Below, in pieces: positions 34,221 through 45,462 of a DNA stretch of 64,000 nucleotides. The notes under the pieces were generated by a model, which saw nothing but the letters and a program-made list of their open reading frames with translations, made no database searches and was not told where the DNA came from. How positions within the stretch are numbered: position 1 is the first letter of the stretch; every line of letters starts with the position of its first letter. A program made the position numbers and the translations under genes. The DNA is from a virus. The stretch lies in the IMG/VR virus record IMGVR_UViG_3300003323_000328, positions 1 through 64,000 of that record. The stretch is one strand, 5' to 3'.

Positions 34221-34909
34221 GTATAACAGATATATTTGAATTAAATCAAGATACATTTTTAGTAGAACTTCGAAAAGAAAATCTATCTACTATTAAAGAG
34301 TTTGCTACTCTTATTAAAAGAGATAAAGGTGGACCTGGAGATACACAAGCCAGAAAAAAGATGAAAGCCACTAAAGAATTTACTTTTATTTATCATTATT
34401 GTAGTTATAAAAGTGAATTTATTAATTATTCTGAAAGAGATAGACGTAAAAAAGCTCTTATTAATGCTGAACTTGATCCTAATCTAAAGATTGAAGAGGA
34501 TAATGATCTAATGGCTGCTATTGAAGTATTTAAAGTACTTCAAGAAACTGCTTCTCTTAAAATGCTTAATGAGATTAGAGAAGGACTTCATGTATCTTAT
34601 AAAGTTGTAAAGAAAATAAGACAGGATTTGGAGAAACAATTAGATGTATTAGATATAGATGAATTACAGGAAGTACAAGAAGGTGGTAAAATTAAATTAG
34701 TTGATCCTATTGCTAGGATTAAAGATAGATTAGATATGATTATATCCACTGCTAAAGAACTTCCTAAAACACTTAAAAGTATTGATGAATTAGAAGAAAC
34801 AGTTAAGAAAGAATTATCAAATGCTCCTAACCTACGTGGAGGATCAACTAAAGGAACTATGGAAGATCCTAAACCACTTCAAGTATCTAACCCACTGGAT
34901 AATCTATAA
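34217..34909 (+). CDS. putative terminase small subunit
   Basis: Helical 230 aa protein coupled to terL, C-terminal LRGG. Confidence 0.5.
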   Translation: MSITDIFELNQDTFLVELRKENLSTIKEFATLIKRDKGGPGDTQARKKMKATKEFTFIYHYCSYKSEFINYSERDRRKKALINAELDPNLKIEEDNDLMAAIEVFKVLQETASLKMLNEIREGLHVSYKVVKKIRQDLEKQLDVLDIDELQEVQEGGKIKLVDPIARIKDRLDMIISTAKELPKTLKSIDELEETVKKELSNAPNLRGGSTKGTMEDPKPLQVSNPLDNL

Positions 34910-36981
34910 TGTTAGTTAACTCAACTTATTTTAGAGAAGCAGCTATTCATTTTACTAAATACGGGTGTTATACTAAAGCACCTAAAGGTAGTAAGGATTG
35001 GTATGAGTATTGGAGAGAAGAAGAGAAAAGATGTTTACAGGGTTATAAAGTAGGTGATACTAAAATAACTGGTAAACATTATTTTTATCTTAACTATACT
35101 CCTATTAAAAGAGTAGTAGGAAAAGGTAAGACACAACGTAAAGTTGTTTCTTTTCCTGCTTTCTGGGAAATAGATTATAATTGGTGGTGGTATAAAGAAA
35201 TAGCTTGGTATGGTTGTACTCCTGAACAATTATCCTCTTTAAAGTTATGGAAAGAACCTACATACTTAGGTGGTGCTCGTCATCTTAGCTGTCTTAAAAC
35301 AAGACGTGCTGGTTTCTCTTATAAAGAAGCTGCTGATGGCACTTATAATTATAATTTTATTCCTGGTTCTATTAGTTACTTTCTTGCTGATAAAGAAGAT
35401 TACTTAATTAAAGATGGTATTCTTAATAAAGTTGGGGATAATTTAGATTGGTTAAATAAATATACAGATGGATACTGGCTTAAAAATAGGCATAAGCATA
35501 ATACCTTAATGCACCAAGAAGCCAGTTATATAGATAATAAAGATAAGCAAGTTAAAGGTTTTAAATCGTCTATAATAGGGGTAACAGTTGCTGGTGATCC
35601 TGATAAAGCTCGTGGTAAAGATGGTCTAAAAATTACGTTTGAAGAAGCGGGTTCTTTTAATAATCTTAAAGCTGCTCTTGATATAGTTGTTCCCTCTGTT
35701 AGATCAGGCAGTACTCTTACTGGTCAAATTTCTGTATTTGGTACTGGTGGTGAAGAAGGTGCAGACATTGAAGGTTTAGATGAAATCTTTAATGATCCTG
35801 AAACTTATGATATGCTTCCATTTAAAAATGCTTGGGAAGATTATGAAGCTACAGAATGTGGTGTGTTTATACCATGTTATATGGCTAATACTACATTTAT
35901 AGATGAGGAAACAGGTAAAGTAGATATTCAAGCAGCTATAGAAGCTGATGATGTGGAGAGAGAGAAGAAAAGAAAGGCTACTGATCCTAAAGCTTTAGAT
36001 AGAAGAATGGCAGAGTTTCCCAGAACTCCTACTGAAGCTCTCATTCGTGTTTCTGTTAATAACTTTCCTGCTGCTGAAGCTAAATATCAAAAAGCTAGAA
36101 TTAAAAATTCACTAGAATTTCAAGGTTTACTTAAACATGGTGAACTAGTTAGAGAACTTGAAGGACTTAGATTTTATGTTAAATCTAGAGTAGATGCTTG
36201 TCCAGTTGATTACTATCCACATAAGAAAGATCATAATATACAAGGTTGTATTACTATAGTACAAGAACCTCAAAGAGATAGTAATGGTAAGATATCTGAA
36301 AATCTTTATATAGTTAATGTCGATCCTTACTATGATGATGAAGCAGAAGATACAACATCTTTAGGTTCTGTGTATGTGACTAAACGTTTTAATAATTTTA
36401 CTCCTACTCATAGTATGGATGTAGCTTGGTTTAATGGTAGACCAAGATCTCTTACAACTTTTCATGAAAATGTAGTTAAACTAGCTGAATATTATAATGC
36501 AAAGATACAATCAGAAGTCGGTGGTGGTGGTAAAGGACTTTACGACTACTGTTATAAACATAAGAAGTTACATCTATTGGAATTTACTCCTATTAATATT
36601 AATAATCAAGAAATTAAGAAAGAAAAAGGAAATAGAACATACTTGATGACAATGAGTACTGATGATAAAAGACAGGGTATTACTTATTATCAGGATTATT
36701 TAAAAGAGATAGTTGGTATTGATGAGAATGGAAATCAACTATTGAATATTCATTTTGTATATGACTTGGGACTTCTGGATGAAATTATTAAATTCAATCC
36801 GAAAAAGAATGCTGATAGAATTTCCGCTCAAATAGTGAAGCAATTTATGCTTAGGGAAAAATATCAAGTGGCTCTAAAAGATAGTAGTAAAAAGAACACT
36901 AGTCTTGCAGACAGAGGACTCTTTGGAAAAACAACTGGACAACCATTATTACGATTAAAAGGAGATGACGTATTTATATGA
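34909..36981 (+). CDS. terL: terminase large subunit
   Basis: ITGKHYFYLNY, KTRRAGFSY (Walker A), FEEAG (Walker B), FGTGG, nuclease VDPY, NADRISA. Confidence 0.95.
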   Translation: MLVNSTYFREAAIHFTKYGCYTKAPKGSKDWYEYWREEEKRCLQGYKVGDTKITGKHYFYLNYTPIKRVVGKGKTQRKVVSFPAFWEIDYNWWWYKEIAWYGCTPEQLSSLKLWKEPTYLGGARHLSCLKTRRAGFSYKEAADGTYNYNFIPGSISYFLADKEDYLIKDGILNKVGDNLDWLNKYTDGYWLKNRHKHNTLMHQEASYIDNKDKQVKGFKSSIIGVTVAGDPDKARGKDGLKITFEEAGSFNNLKAALDIVVPSVRSGSTLTGQISVFGTGGEEGADIEGLDEIFNDPETYDMLPFKNAWEDYEATECGVFIPCYMANTTFIDEETGKVDIQAAIEADDVEREKKRKATDPKALDRRMAEFPRTPTEALIRVSVNNFPAAEAKYQKARIKNSLEFQGLLKHGELVRELEGLRFYVKSRVDACPVDYYPHKKDHNIQGCITIVQEPQRDSNGKISENLYIVNVDPYYDDEAEDTTSLGSVYVTKRFNNFTPTHSMDVAWFNGRPRSLTTFHENVVKLAEYYNAKIQSEVGGGGKGLYDYCYKHKKLHLLEFTPININNQEIKKEKGNRTYLMTMSTDDKRQGITYYQDYLKEIVGIDENGNQLLNIHFVYDLGLLDEIIKFNPKKNADRISAQIVKQFMLREKYQVALKDSSKKNTSLADRGLFGKTTGQPLLRLKGDDVFI

Positions 36982-39347
36982 TAGAATCTAAAGATGTACA
37001 AAAAAGCTCTGTAGGTAGACCTCTTCAACTTCTTTCCTATAATGAAAAAGTTAAGAATGAAAATGCCTGGGGTAAAGAAGTAATAGATTATTATATTAGA
37101 ACTGCTAGTTTTGGATCAATTGCTACAATAAGTGATAGATTAGCTATATCTAATATTAATCAATTATATGCTGCATATAACGGGGAATTACCTGCTAATA
37201 TTTTTGATTCTGTTACTGATCCTCTAAAAGCTTCACAAGAAAAATATAAAGGATTTCCTGCTGAAATTCGTCCTTATAATATAATAAGACCTAGTATTGA
37301 TCTTTTAATTGGAGAGTGGAATAAACGTCCATTTCAATATGATGTAGTTAATGCTGATGGAGAAGACGCTTTTAATAGTTTTGAATATTATAAAAGTGAA
37401 ACTTATAGAAATAATGTTATTCAAAGAGTTGTTAATACTATAAGTCAACAAAGAGGAGATAGCGAAGACACACAACTTCCTGTTTCCAATCCACAGACTA
37501 TAATGTCTGAGTTAAATCTTAATTATAAAGATGTAAAAGCTCTTAAAGGTTATAGAGCCTTAAAAGTTTTAGATTTAGAATTAAAACTAAGAGAGGTTTG
37601 GAGACAGTTATTTAAAGATTGGTGTATAGGTGGAGAAGTTAATACTATTAAAATTCCTCTTCATGGAACTATTAAATATCTTAGACTCCCTGCTGGTTCT
37701 GTGTTTACAGAACAAAGTAATCTTAGTAAAGATATAGAAGATAATGAATCTGCTGTAGTTAAATTTGTTGTTAGTACTTCTGAAATAGTAGATTTATTTT
37801 ATGATAAAATAAAAGAAGAGGACTTAAAAGATCTTGATAGTAGTAATACAACTAGTATTTCTACTAGACTATTTACTACTTTTACTCTTGATACTGAAGG
37901 ACAGTATATGGGTAAAGATAAACATGATCTCTTTTATATTACATGGAAAAGTAAAAAACTTATTGGATTTCTTACATATCCTGATCCTTTCAGTGGGATT
38001 GAACAATATGATATTGTTGATGAATCTTATAAAGTAGATAAAGAAGCTGGAGAATCTGTAGAATGGATGTGGGTAAATGAAGTATGGGAAGGATGGAGAA
38101 TCGGAGATGATAAGTATATAGGAATACAACCTATTACTTGTCAAAGAAATGAAATGAATAATTTTTCTGCCTGTAAACTTCCTATTAATGGTAGAAAATT
38201 CTCAGATACTCAAACAAGTAATATTTCTATTGCTCTTCTGGGTATGCCTTATCAAATATTGTATATTATTTTAATGTATAGATTGGAACTTACTATTGCT
38301 AAATCAAAAGGTAAAATAGTTCTTTTAGATAAGAATGTTCTTCCAGATGCTGAAGATGGTGGTGAAGAACACTTCTTTTATTATGCGGAGGCTTTAGGAT
38401 ATGCACTAGTTGATCCTAAAAAAGGAGCTGCCGGATTTAATCAATACACTGTATTAGATTTATCTCTATTTCAACATATACAAGAACTTATACGTATTAT
38501 AGAATATGTAAAAGCTCAGTGGGATGAATTACTTGGTATCACAAGACAACGTAAAGGAGATATTACAGCTTCTGATGGTCTTGGTAACTCTGAACAAGCT
38601 ATCTTTAGATCATCTGTTATATCTGATCTTATATTTACTGGTTTTGAAGAGTTTCTTGAAAAAGAATTATCAGGTTTACTTGATTGTAGTAAATATGCTT
38701 GGGCTGATGGTAAAAAAGGAAGTTGGAGAAATGATGATGGTACTTTAGAAATGCTTTCTATTGAACCTGATGAATATTCTAATAGTAGTTTTGGAGTATA
38801 TGTTAAAAATATAAGTAAGTATTTAGATCAATTTAATGCACTTAAATCTAATATTAATGCTATTGCGCAACGTAAGGATGTTAAAACTTCTACTATAGTT
38901 GAGTTAATAACTACTGAAAGTTTTACTGAACTCAAAGCACTAGTTAAAAAAGCTGAAGCTGCTGAACAAGAAATTATTAAGGCTACTGCTGAAAACGAAC
39001 AAAAAGCCAAAGCACAACAAGAAGAAAGTCAAAAACAATGGGAGTACTTCTTGAAGAGTCTTGATATTGATTTCATGGAAAGAGAGTGGGATAGAAGAGA
39101 TAATAATGAATATATTAAAGCTGATGCTACTCCTAAAACTGATGGTACTACTGTAGATTTAGTAACACTACAGAAAAATTCTAATGATCGATTAGCTCAA
39201 ATGGAAAAGAATCGGCAAGAAGAGCAAAAGAATAGAACAGAAAAAGATTGGCAACAAATAGAAAGGGAAAAGATAGCTAGTCAAGAAAGAATTGCAAAGG
39301 ATAAGAATAAAGTTGCATTGAAAAATAAAGTCGTGGGAGAGAAGTAA
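36978..39347 (+). CDS. portal protein
   Basis: YNIIRPSIDLLIGE, WVNEVWEGWRIG, LLGITRQRKG; position after terL. Confidence 0.9.
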   Translation: MIESKDVQKSSVGRPLQLLSYNEKVKNENAWGKEVIDYYIRTASFGSIATISDRLAISNINQLYAAYNGELPANIFDSVTDPLKASQEKYKGFPAEIRPYNIIRPSIDLLIGEWNKRPFQYDVVNADGEDAFNSFEYYKSETYRNNVIQRVVNTISQQRGDSEDTQLPVSNPQTIMSELNLNYKDVKALKGYRALKVLDLELKLREVWRQLFKDWCIGGEVNTIKIPLHGTIKYLRLPAGSVFTEQSNLSKDIEDNESAVVKFVVSTSEIVDLFYDKIKEEDLKDLDSSNTTSISTRLFTTFTLDTEGQYMGKDKHDLFYITWKSKKLIGFLTYPDPFSGIEQYDIVDESYKVDKEAGESVEWMWVNEVWEGWRIGDDKYIGIQPITCQRNEMNNFSACKLPINGRKFSDTQTSNISIALLGMPYQILYIILMYRLELTIAKSKGKIVLLDKNVLPDAEDGGEEHFFYYAEALGYALVDPKKGAAGFNQYTVLDLSLFQHIQELIRIIEYVKAQWDELLGITRQRKGDITASDGLGNSEQAIFRSSVISDLIFTGFEEFLEKELSGLLDCSKYAWADGKKGSWRNDDGTLEMLSIEPDEYSNSSFGVYVKNISKYLDQFNALKSNINAIAQRKDVKTSTIVELITTESFTELKALVKKAEAAEQEIIKATAENEQKAKAQQEESQKQWEYFLKSLDIDFMEREWDRRDNNEYIKADATPKTDGTTVDLVTLQKNSNDRLAQMEKNRQEEQKNRTEKDWQQIEREKIASQERIAKDKNKVALKNKVVGEK

Positions 39348-39375
39348 AATTTAATAAAATAAACTATTTTTGAGT

Positions 39376-40548
39376 ATGCTAATTAAACATCCACATTTCG
39401 AACAGGGTAGCCCAAATGAACCAGCAGGAGGACAACAAGCTCCTGAAAAAGAAGTTGAAACTAAAGAGCTTGAAACTCTTAATAGTAAGGATCAAACTGC
39501 TCTTACAGAACAGGAAAAAGCAAGATTAACTGAGTTACAAGGTAAGTACGAACAAGTTTATAAAGATGCTAAAGGTAATGTTTTAACTAAAGAACAAGTT
39601 GCTGCTGCTAAAGAACTTGAAACTAAGGTTAATACTATTCTTAATAAACCTGAAGATCAGTGGACTCCTGAAGAAAAGAAGTTTATAGAAGAAAATACTG
39701 AACCAACTGAAGAAAATAAAAAATCTGTTTATCAACAAATAGATGAACAAAGAGGTTTAGATCTTGGAATTGATTATGGAGATGTTGATCCATTATCAGT
39801 TGAAGGTGTAGCTCTACGTGAAGAAGTATTAGAGAAAAGAGCTGTTAAAGAATATGATAACACTCTAAAGGCTAAGTATCCTAGAGCTTATCAGTTTATG
39901 GTACACGTTGCTCAAGGTGGTAAAGAAGAGGATTTCTTTAAACCTGAGAATGCAGATTTTAAATCATTGACTATTAATAAAGAAGATAAAGCTGGACAAG
40001 AAAAAATTCTTCGTATGGCTTTGGCTGCTAAAGGTAATTCTTCTGCAATTATTGAGGCTGTAATTACTAGTGTAAAAGATAAAGTTGCACTATATGAAAC
40101 AGCGAAAGAGGAACTAGAGAAGTTACAAGCAGAACAAAACCAGAAAGAACAAGCTAATCTTGCTAGAGCTAATGCTATGAAGCAAAAAGAAGAGCAAGAC
40201 TATGCCAATCTAGCTGATTCTATCGAAACTGCTGTTTCTAAAGGATTTGAAGGAATTGTTGTTCCTGAAAAGGATAGACGTTCTTTCTTGGATTTCTTGG
40301 GTAGTAGATTAGACTATAACAATGGTAGATTCTATGTTGCTAAAGAACTTAATCCTAAAGAAATAACAAAGGAACTTAAGTATCAATACTTTGAATTTAA
40401 AGGTGGGGATTTAAAAGGTCTTGTTGAAAGAGAAGCAAAAGCTCAAGTAGCAAGAAAGATTAAATCTGCTATTAAAGCAGAGATTGTACCTAAGAACGGT
40501 GGAACTGGTGGCTCTAGTAATTACAAACCACTTAAAGAAATCTTTTAA
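39376..40548 (+). CDS. putative capsid scaffolding/assembly protein
   Basis: Glu/Lys-rich helical protein between portal and major capsid genes. Confidence 0.6.
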   Translation: MLIKHPHFEQGSPNEPAGGQQAPEKEVETKELETLNSKDQTALTEQEKARLTELQGKYEQVYKDAKGNVLTKEQVAAAKELETKVNTILNKPEDQWTPEEKKFIEENTEPTEENKKSVYQQIDEQRGLDLGIDYGDVDPLSVEGVALREEVLEKRAVKEYDNTLKAKYPRAYQFMVHVAQGGKEEDFFKPENADFKSLTINKEDKAGQEKILRMALAAKGNSSAIIEAVITSVKDKVALYETAKEELEKLQAEQNQKEQANLARANAMKQKEEQDYANLADSIETAVSKGFEGIVVPEKDRRSFLDFLGSRLDYNNGRFYVAKELNPKEITKELKYQYFEFKGGDLKGLVEREAKAQVARKIKSAIKAEIVPKNGGTGGSSNYKPLKEIF

Positions 40549-40565
40549 ATTAATAGAATAAAACA

Positions 40566-42059
40566 ATGAGAAACTTTCAGTACCAAGTAAAAGAGATGGT
40601 GTTTGACGGTAAGAGTCTCTTGGATGAGCAGAATTTTTATAACCAGAATCAAGGGCAACCTTCTGAGTTAACAAAAAAGCTGACTTATATCATGGGCGAT
40701 TACAATAGAAATTATCCTATATCAATGATGACTATGGGTAATATTGCATCACCATCTGCAACTGTTGAACTCGATGATGTACAATTCACTTACCCCGTAA
40801 TGGGTAGAGATGATAAAGCTACCGGCTGTACATCTACCCCGTATACTTCCACTGATAAACCTGGAATTGGTCATAGCCAATTTTATATTTACTTTGGAGA
40901 TAATTGGATTAAACGTTTTTACACTATTGAATCTCCTAGAGGTGTTCAAGCTTATGTACTTGAAGATCCTCAACCTGAAGGAGATCAGTGGCGTTATACT
41001 GTACAACTTGACCCTGCTGATGAAGATGACTACTGTCCAGTAACTGAACTTCAATATGGCTGTCAATGGGTTGAAGTTAATACACACGTTGCTGAATCTG
41101 AATCAAGAGGTAGCCGTTCTAAAATGGCGATGCCCGGTAAATGGAAAAACCAAATGGGTTTTATTCGTGCATCTATGGAATGGGCTGGTTCTGCTCCTAA
41201 CAAGTTTATGAATGTTAGTATTAAAACTGACAAAGGAGAAACCACTTCTTGGATGGACTTCTTTATGTGGCAGTTTGAAAAAAGATGGCTGAATGAATGT
41301 GAACATGCTTATTGGTATTCACGTTATAACCGTCTTGCTGATGGCAGTATACCTCTTAAAGACTTGCTTACAGGAAAAGTGATTCCTCGTGGTTCTGGTC
41401 TTTTGGAACAAATTCAAAATAAATCTACACACTCTAAACTGACTTACAATTCACTTGTTAATAAAATAGGTGATGCACTTTTTGGTCAGTCTGATTCAGG
41501 TGGAATGAGTATTACTCTTCATACTGGTCTTGGAGGTATTAGAGATTTTGATAAAGCTATGAAAGAAGAAGGAGTTAAACTTCTTACTGATTTCACTGGT
41601 GTAGCTGATAAGTTTGTAACTGGTAGTGGTCGTGAGCTTATGTTAGGTGGTTTCTTTAATGGTTTCTATCATATTGATGGATACGTTATTAAAGTAAAAC
41701 ATAATCCTATCTTCGATCATGGACGTATTGCTCTTAAATCTCCTAAACATCCTGAAACTGGATTCCCTCTTGAATCTCACAGGTTGGTGTTTATAGATGA
41801 TAATGACTATGATGGACAACCTAATATTCAACACGTAGCACAAAAAGATCGTTCTTTCTTGCATGGTGTTGTAGCTGGTTTGGTTCAAATGCCTAGATCA
41901 CTTGCTATTATGGGTGGATTTAATCTTAACAAAGAATCTATCCAACTGATTTCAGATGAGCAAGATAAAGGTAGCTATCATAGATTTAAATCTGCTGGTA
42001 TTCAACAACTTCGCAGTACTAAGTCTTTCGATATGCAATGTGTAGCAGGAATTGTTTGA
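40566..42059 (+). CDS. major capsid protein
   Basis: 497 aa, GSGLLEQI, HTGLGG, crAss-type synteny, strong terminator downstream. Confidence 0.9.
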   Translation: MRNFQYQVKEMVFDGKSLLDEQNFYNQNQGQPSELTKKLTYIMGDYNRNYPISMMTMGNIASPSATVELDDVQFTYPVMGRDDKATGCTSTPYTSTDKPGIGHSQFYIYFGDNWIKRFYTIESPRGVQAYVLEDPQPEGDQWRYTVQLDPADEDDYCPVTELQYGCQWVEVNTHVAESESRGSRSKMAMPGKWKNQMGFIRASMEWAGSAPNKFMNVSIKTDKGETTSWMDFFMWQFEKRWLNECEHAYWYSRYNRLADGSIPLKDLLTGKVIPRGSGLLEQIQNKSTHSKLTYNSLVNKIGDALFGQSDSGGMSITLHTGLGGIRDFDKAMKEEGVKLLTDFTGVADKFVTGSGRELMLGGFFNGFYHIDGYVIKVKHNPIFDHGRIALKSPKHPETGFPLESHRLVFIDDNDYDGQPNIQHVAQKDRSFLHGVVAGLVQMPRSLAIMGGFNLNKESIQLISDEQDKGSYHRFKSAGIQQLRSTKSFDMQCVAGIV

Positions 42060-42085
42060 TCAACATAGGTTAGGTTTGGGTTTTC

Positions 42086-42114
42086 GAGGGAGGGAGTTTC
42101 TCCTTCCCTCTTTT
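42086..42114 (+). terminator. intrinsic terminator after the major capsid gene
   Basis: GAGGGAGGGA-GTTTC-TCCTTCCCTC followed by TTTT. Confidence 0.8.
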
Positions 42115-42138
42115 ATTGTAACCAATTTTATTAATTAT

Positions 42139-43107
42139 ATGCCAACAAAAAAGAAGTTTATTAAACGTAATCGTCCATTTGTACATGAACAACTAAAATC
42201 TGTCGAAGCTCAAGAACAATTAGGATTATCAAGACAAGGAATAGGTTCTTATTTTGTAAGTTCTGTTTCTGCTAGAAAAGGCACTGGATTAAGTGAGGAA
42301 GAAATAATATTACTCTTACCTCAAATTTTAAGTCTCCAACCTACTGATCCTGATTTTAGAAAAGAAGTTGATAGGTTTTATACAGAAATAAATACATTTA
42401 TTTCTTATGATCGTGGAAGAGAATTTGAAGTAGGTCTTAGTATTGATAATGATCTTCCTGTTACTCACTTTATTGAAGTTACACAAGGAGATAAGGCTGT
42501 AAAAGTATATAATATGCCAATAGAATTGGAAGATTATGTACGTTTTAGACATGCACAATCACATCCTTGGACTGCTGGTAGTCCTGAGGATGCAAAAGGT
42601 AATACTACTATACATTTTTATGTAGAAGATCCTGAATTAGTAGTTAAAAATAAACTTAGTAGTTCTGATCTCGCAGATAAAGCTATTACTGTTTATCAAC
42701 AAGTTAAAGACGATGAATTAAAAGTAAAAGCTATTCTTACTGTTCTTAGTCCTTTTATTAAAAAGAAAAGACCTGGAGAAGTGTTTGTAGCTGATAATCT
42801 TCCATTTGGAGAACAAATTATTCATCTCAGAGAACTTGCTATTAGTAAACCTAAAAGTTTTTATGATGCAGCAACTGATGAAAGTTTAGCTGAAAAATAT
42901 AGAATAATTGAACTTATTCGTACAGGACTTTTAATGCGGGCTGGTACTAGTATTCTTGTTACAGAAAGTAAGGAATTACTTGGTGTAGGAGAAGAAGCTG
43001 CTGCTACTGCTTTATTTAAAAATCCTGCAAATGCTCAAACTCTTCAAATGCTTAAGCATCAATATGATTCTAGACGTAGAGAAGAAAAAGCATTAACACT
43101 TAAATGA
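42139..43107 (+). CDS. conserved post-capsid protein (start reassigned to MPTKKK)
   Basis: The listed start spans the terminator; synteny with crAss-like structural block. Confidence 0.65.
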   Translation: MPTKKKFIKRNRPFVHEQLKSVEAQEQLGLSRQGIGSYFVSSVSARKGTGLSEEEIILLLPQILSLQPTDPDFRKEVDRFYTEINTFISYDRGREFEVGLSIDNDLPVTHFIEVTQGDKAVKVYNMPIELEDYVRFRHAQSHPWTAGSPEDAKGNTTIHFYVEDPELVVKNKLSSSDLADKAITVYQQVKDDELKVKAILTVLSPFIKKKRPGEVFVADNLPFGEQIIHLRELAISKPKSFYDAATDESLAEKYRIIELIRTGLLMRAGTSILVTESKELLGVGEEAAATALFKNPANAQTLQMLKHQYDSRRREEKALTLK

Positions 43108-44150
43108 GAGCACTTACAGTACGTGAATTAATTATTGAAGTACAACAACAGGTACAGAGACTCGGATCTTATAAAAGAGATAAGACTTCCGAGCCTCTTA
43201 TCATTTGGAGACTTAATACTGCACAGGATAGGTTTATACGCGATTGTATAAAACCTGACCCTAACCAGAATGACAAGTTTTCAATTAATGAAGAAAGTAG
43301 AACTAGTATTCAAGCTCTTATTGAAACAAATAAGAGCTTGTTAGTTTATAATGATATCAGTGGTACTTATTCTATACTTCCTTCTAATTTAGCTTATTTA
43401 GTTAATGACAGAAGTATAATTCTTCCTGATTGTAATGCACAATTTAGTTCTCCTTCTAGTAGTTATATAATTACGGCTACAGCTATTCCTTTTAACGAAA
43501 GTACTAAAGCAAATGCTCCTTACTATTCCATCACAGCCACTGGTTCTTCTAGTAATAGTATTAGCTATAATCTTGCTAATAAAAAAGAAAGCTTTGAAAT
43601 AATTGAAGTTGTTGCAAATCAATTAATTCAAGCAGGTGCATTAGATGTTTATTGGGAGAGTTTTAATGGTTGGTATGTGCCTAATAGTTTTATTGCAGTA
43701 CATAGGATAGAAACTGGACAATCTCCTCCACCTACTTTTGGTTTAACAATAGATGGAGTAGTTTCACAAACTTCTGTTAAAAACTTTACTGTTAATAAGT
43801 TTAAATCTTTTAGTGGCAATCAAGTACCTAATAGGAGTTATAAAAATGATTATGTACATGATGCAGTTAATTATAATTACTATGATCAACCTATTCCTGA
43901 AAGTCCTGTTACTTATTTAGGAGGAAATAAGTTAAATATTCTTACTAGTAAAAGATTCCTAGTTTCCGAGATTATTTTAGACTACATTAGAAAGCCCCGA
44001 AGAATCAGTTTATATTTGAATCAATCTTGTGAGTTAGATGGTTCTGTACATGAAAAGATTTGTAGTATTGCTACTGAGATGATTTTATCTAATATAGAAG
44101 CAGAAAACTACGCTATTAAAGTACAGGAAAATATAAATAGATTAGACTAA
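43104..44150 (+). CDS. putative tail ring/adaptor protein
   Basis: LNTAQDRFI...LDYIRKP...CELDGSVHEKI. Confidence 0.6.
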   Translation: MRALTVRELIIEVQQQVQRLGSYKRDKTSEPLIIWRLNTAQDRFIRDCIKPDPNQNDKFSINEESRTSIQALIETNKSLLVYNDISGTYSILPSNLAYLVNDRSIILPDCNAQFSSPSSSYIITATAIPFNESTKANAPYYSITATGSSSNSISYNLANKKESFEIIEVVANQLIQAGALDVYWESFNGWYVPNSFIAVHRIETGQSPPPTFGLTIDGVVSQTSVKNFTVNKFKSFSGNQVPNRSYKNDYVHDAVNYNYYDQPIPESPVTYLGGNKLNILTSKRFLVSEIILDYIRKPRRISLYLNQSCELDGSVHEKICSIATEMILSNIEAENYAIKVQENINRLD

Positions 44151-44164
44151 AATATAAAAATAAA

Positions 44165-45403
44165 ATGGCTATTAAACGATTTACACGAAAAACAAAAGGT
44201 TTTAATGCTCAAGTATTTGTAGCAAAAGCAATAGATTATACTACCGATGCTACATACGCTCTGTTTATACAGAATGCTCCTGTTGGAGAATTGGGAATTT
44301 TTGATGCTAATAATGCTCTTCATACAGATGCTATTACTTCAACTGAGTCTCTTTTCTTTGCAATGAGAACTACTGAAGGTGTTAAAAAATCACCTCTTTA
44401 CAAACTCACTGATCTTACTTCACGTAAAAAACTTTATGTAGCTCCTGTAAAACAGGTAGCTTATGTAGGTTGGAACAGAACAGGTGGAGCTATCAATAAT
44501 CCTACTATTGCTGCTGGTCAGACTTTTTTAGTAAGAGTTATTGAAACTACAGAAGGATATGCTCCATTTCCTACCTGGAGTTATGAATATACTACTAAAC
44601 CTACTGATGCTATTATTGATGTAATGAGAGCACTTGCTAAGAAGATTAATGATCCTAATGCTCCTGAGCATTCTCAAAATCTTCAGCTTGTTACAGCTAA
44701 AGTAACAGCAGATGCTACTTATAGTAACTACTCTCTTACTGGAACTACTCCTACTCTTACTGTAACTAATGGTAGTACAGATGTAGTACTGGGTGGCACA
44801 ACTCCTGCATCTGATATAGCTGTAAATGATTATATTTCATTTGCACCTAGTTCAACTCCTTCTGATTCTGTAGGTGATATTTATAAAGTAATATCTATTA
44901 TAGGTACTGGTGATGGTCAAATTTACCGTTTAGACCGTCCTTTTACTGGTGCCACTCAAACTTATTCTGAAGCAGAATCTGAAGGTACAAGAGTTAAGAA
45001 AGCAGCTACTTTTGTAAATGTAGGTCTTGAATTTACTACTATTGATAATGATGTAACTTTTAGACTTGCAGTAGATGAAAATATGGTAGATGCAGACATT
45101 ACTTACAGTACTACTTATACTAAAAGCAATGGTACTTATGAACAAGTACTTGCTATGGAAAAAGAAGGTCAGGTATTTAATGGTGATACTGCACAGAATG
45201 CTCAATTTGCAGCAGACTTTGGACAACAAGATACATTTGCTGTTTCTGGTGAAACTTATGATTTTTATCATTTTGATTTCCTTAAAGCAGAAAATGGTAT
45301 AGCTCCTAAAGCTACTACTTCTCATAGAGGATATGTAGTAGTTCCTGTAGCTAAATCAGCAGGTAATGTTGATACTACATTGAATACTCTTTTCGGTTTA
45401 TAA
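44165..45403 (+). CDS. virion structural protein, probable auxiliary capsid protein
   Basis: Thr/Ala-rich 412 aa protein with its own terminator; structural block synteny. Confidence 0.55.
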   Translation: MAIKRFTRKTKGFNAQVFVAKAIDYTTDATYALFIQNAPVGELGIFDANNALHTDAITSTESLFFAMRTTEGVKKSPLYKLTDLTSRKKLYVAPVKQVAYVGWNRTGGAINNPTIAAGQTFLVRVIETTEGYAPFPTWSYEYTTKPTDAIIDVMRALAKKINDPNAPEHSQNLQLVTAKVTADATYSNYSLTGTTPTLTVTNGSTDVVLGGTTPASDIAVNDYISFAPSSTPSDSVGDIYKVISIIGTGDGQIYRLDRPFTGATQTYSEAESEGTRVKKAATFVNVGLEFTTIDNDVTFRLAVDENMVDADITYSTTYTKSNGTYEQVLAMEKEGQVFNGDTAQNAQFAADFGQQDTFAVSGETYDFYHFDFLKAENGIAPKATTSHRGYVVVPVAKSAGNVDTTLNTLFGL

Positions 45404-45422
45404 TAATTAATTGGATGTTTGC

Positions 45423-45456
45423 GGGGAAGGCTTTTGTGCCTTCCCTTAATTTTTTT
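45423..45456 (+). terminator. intrinsic terminator
   Basis: GGGAAGGC-TTTTGT-GCCTTCCC followed by TTAATTTTTTT. Confidence 0.75.
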
Positions 45457-45462
45457 ATTACT

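Noticed and set aside
34909-42059. Introns or inteins in terL, portal or major capsid genes
   Set aside because: Uninterrupted frames of ordinary length with no intein splice motifs seen
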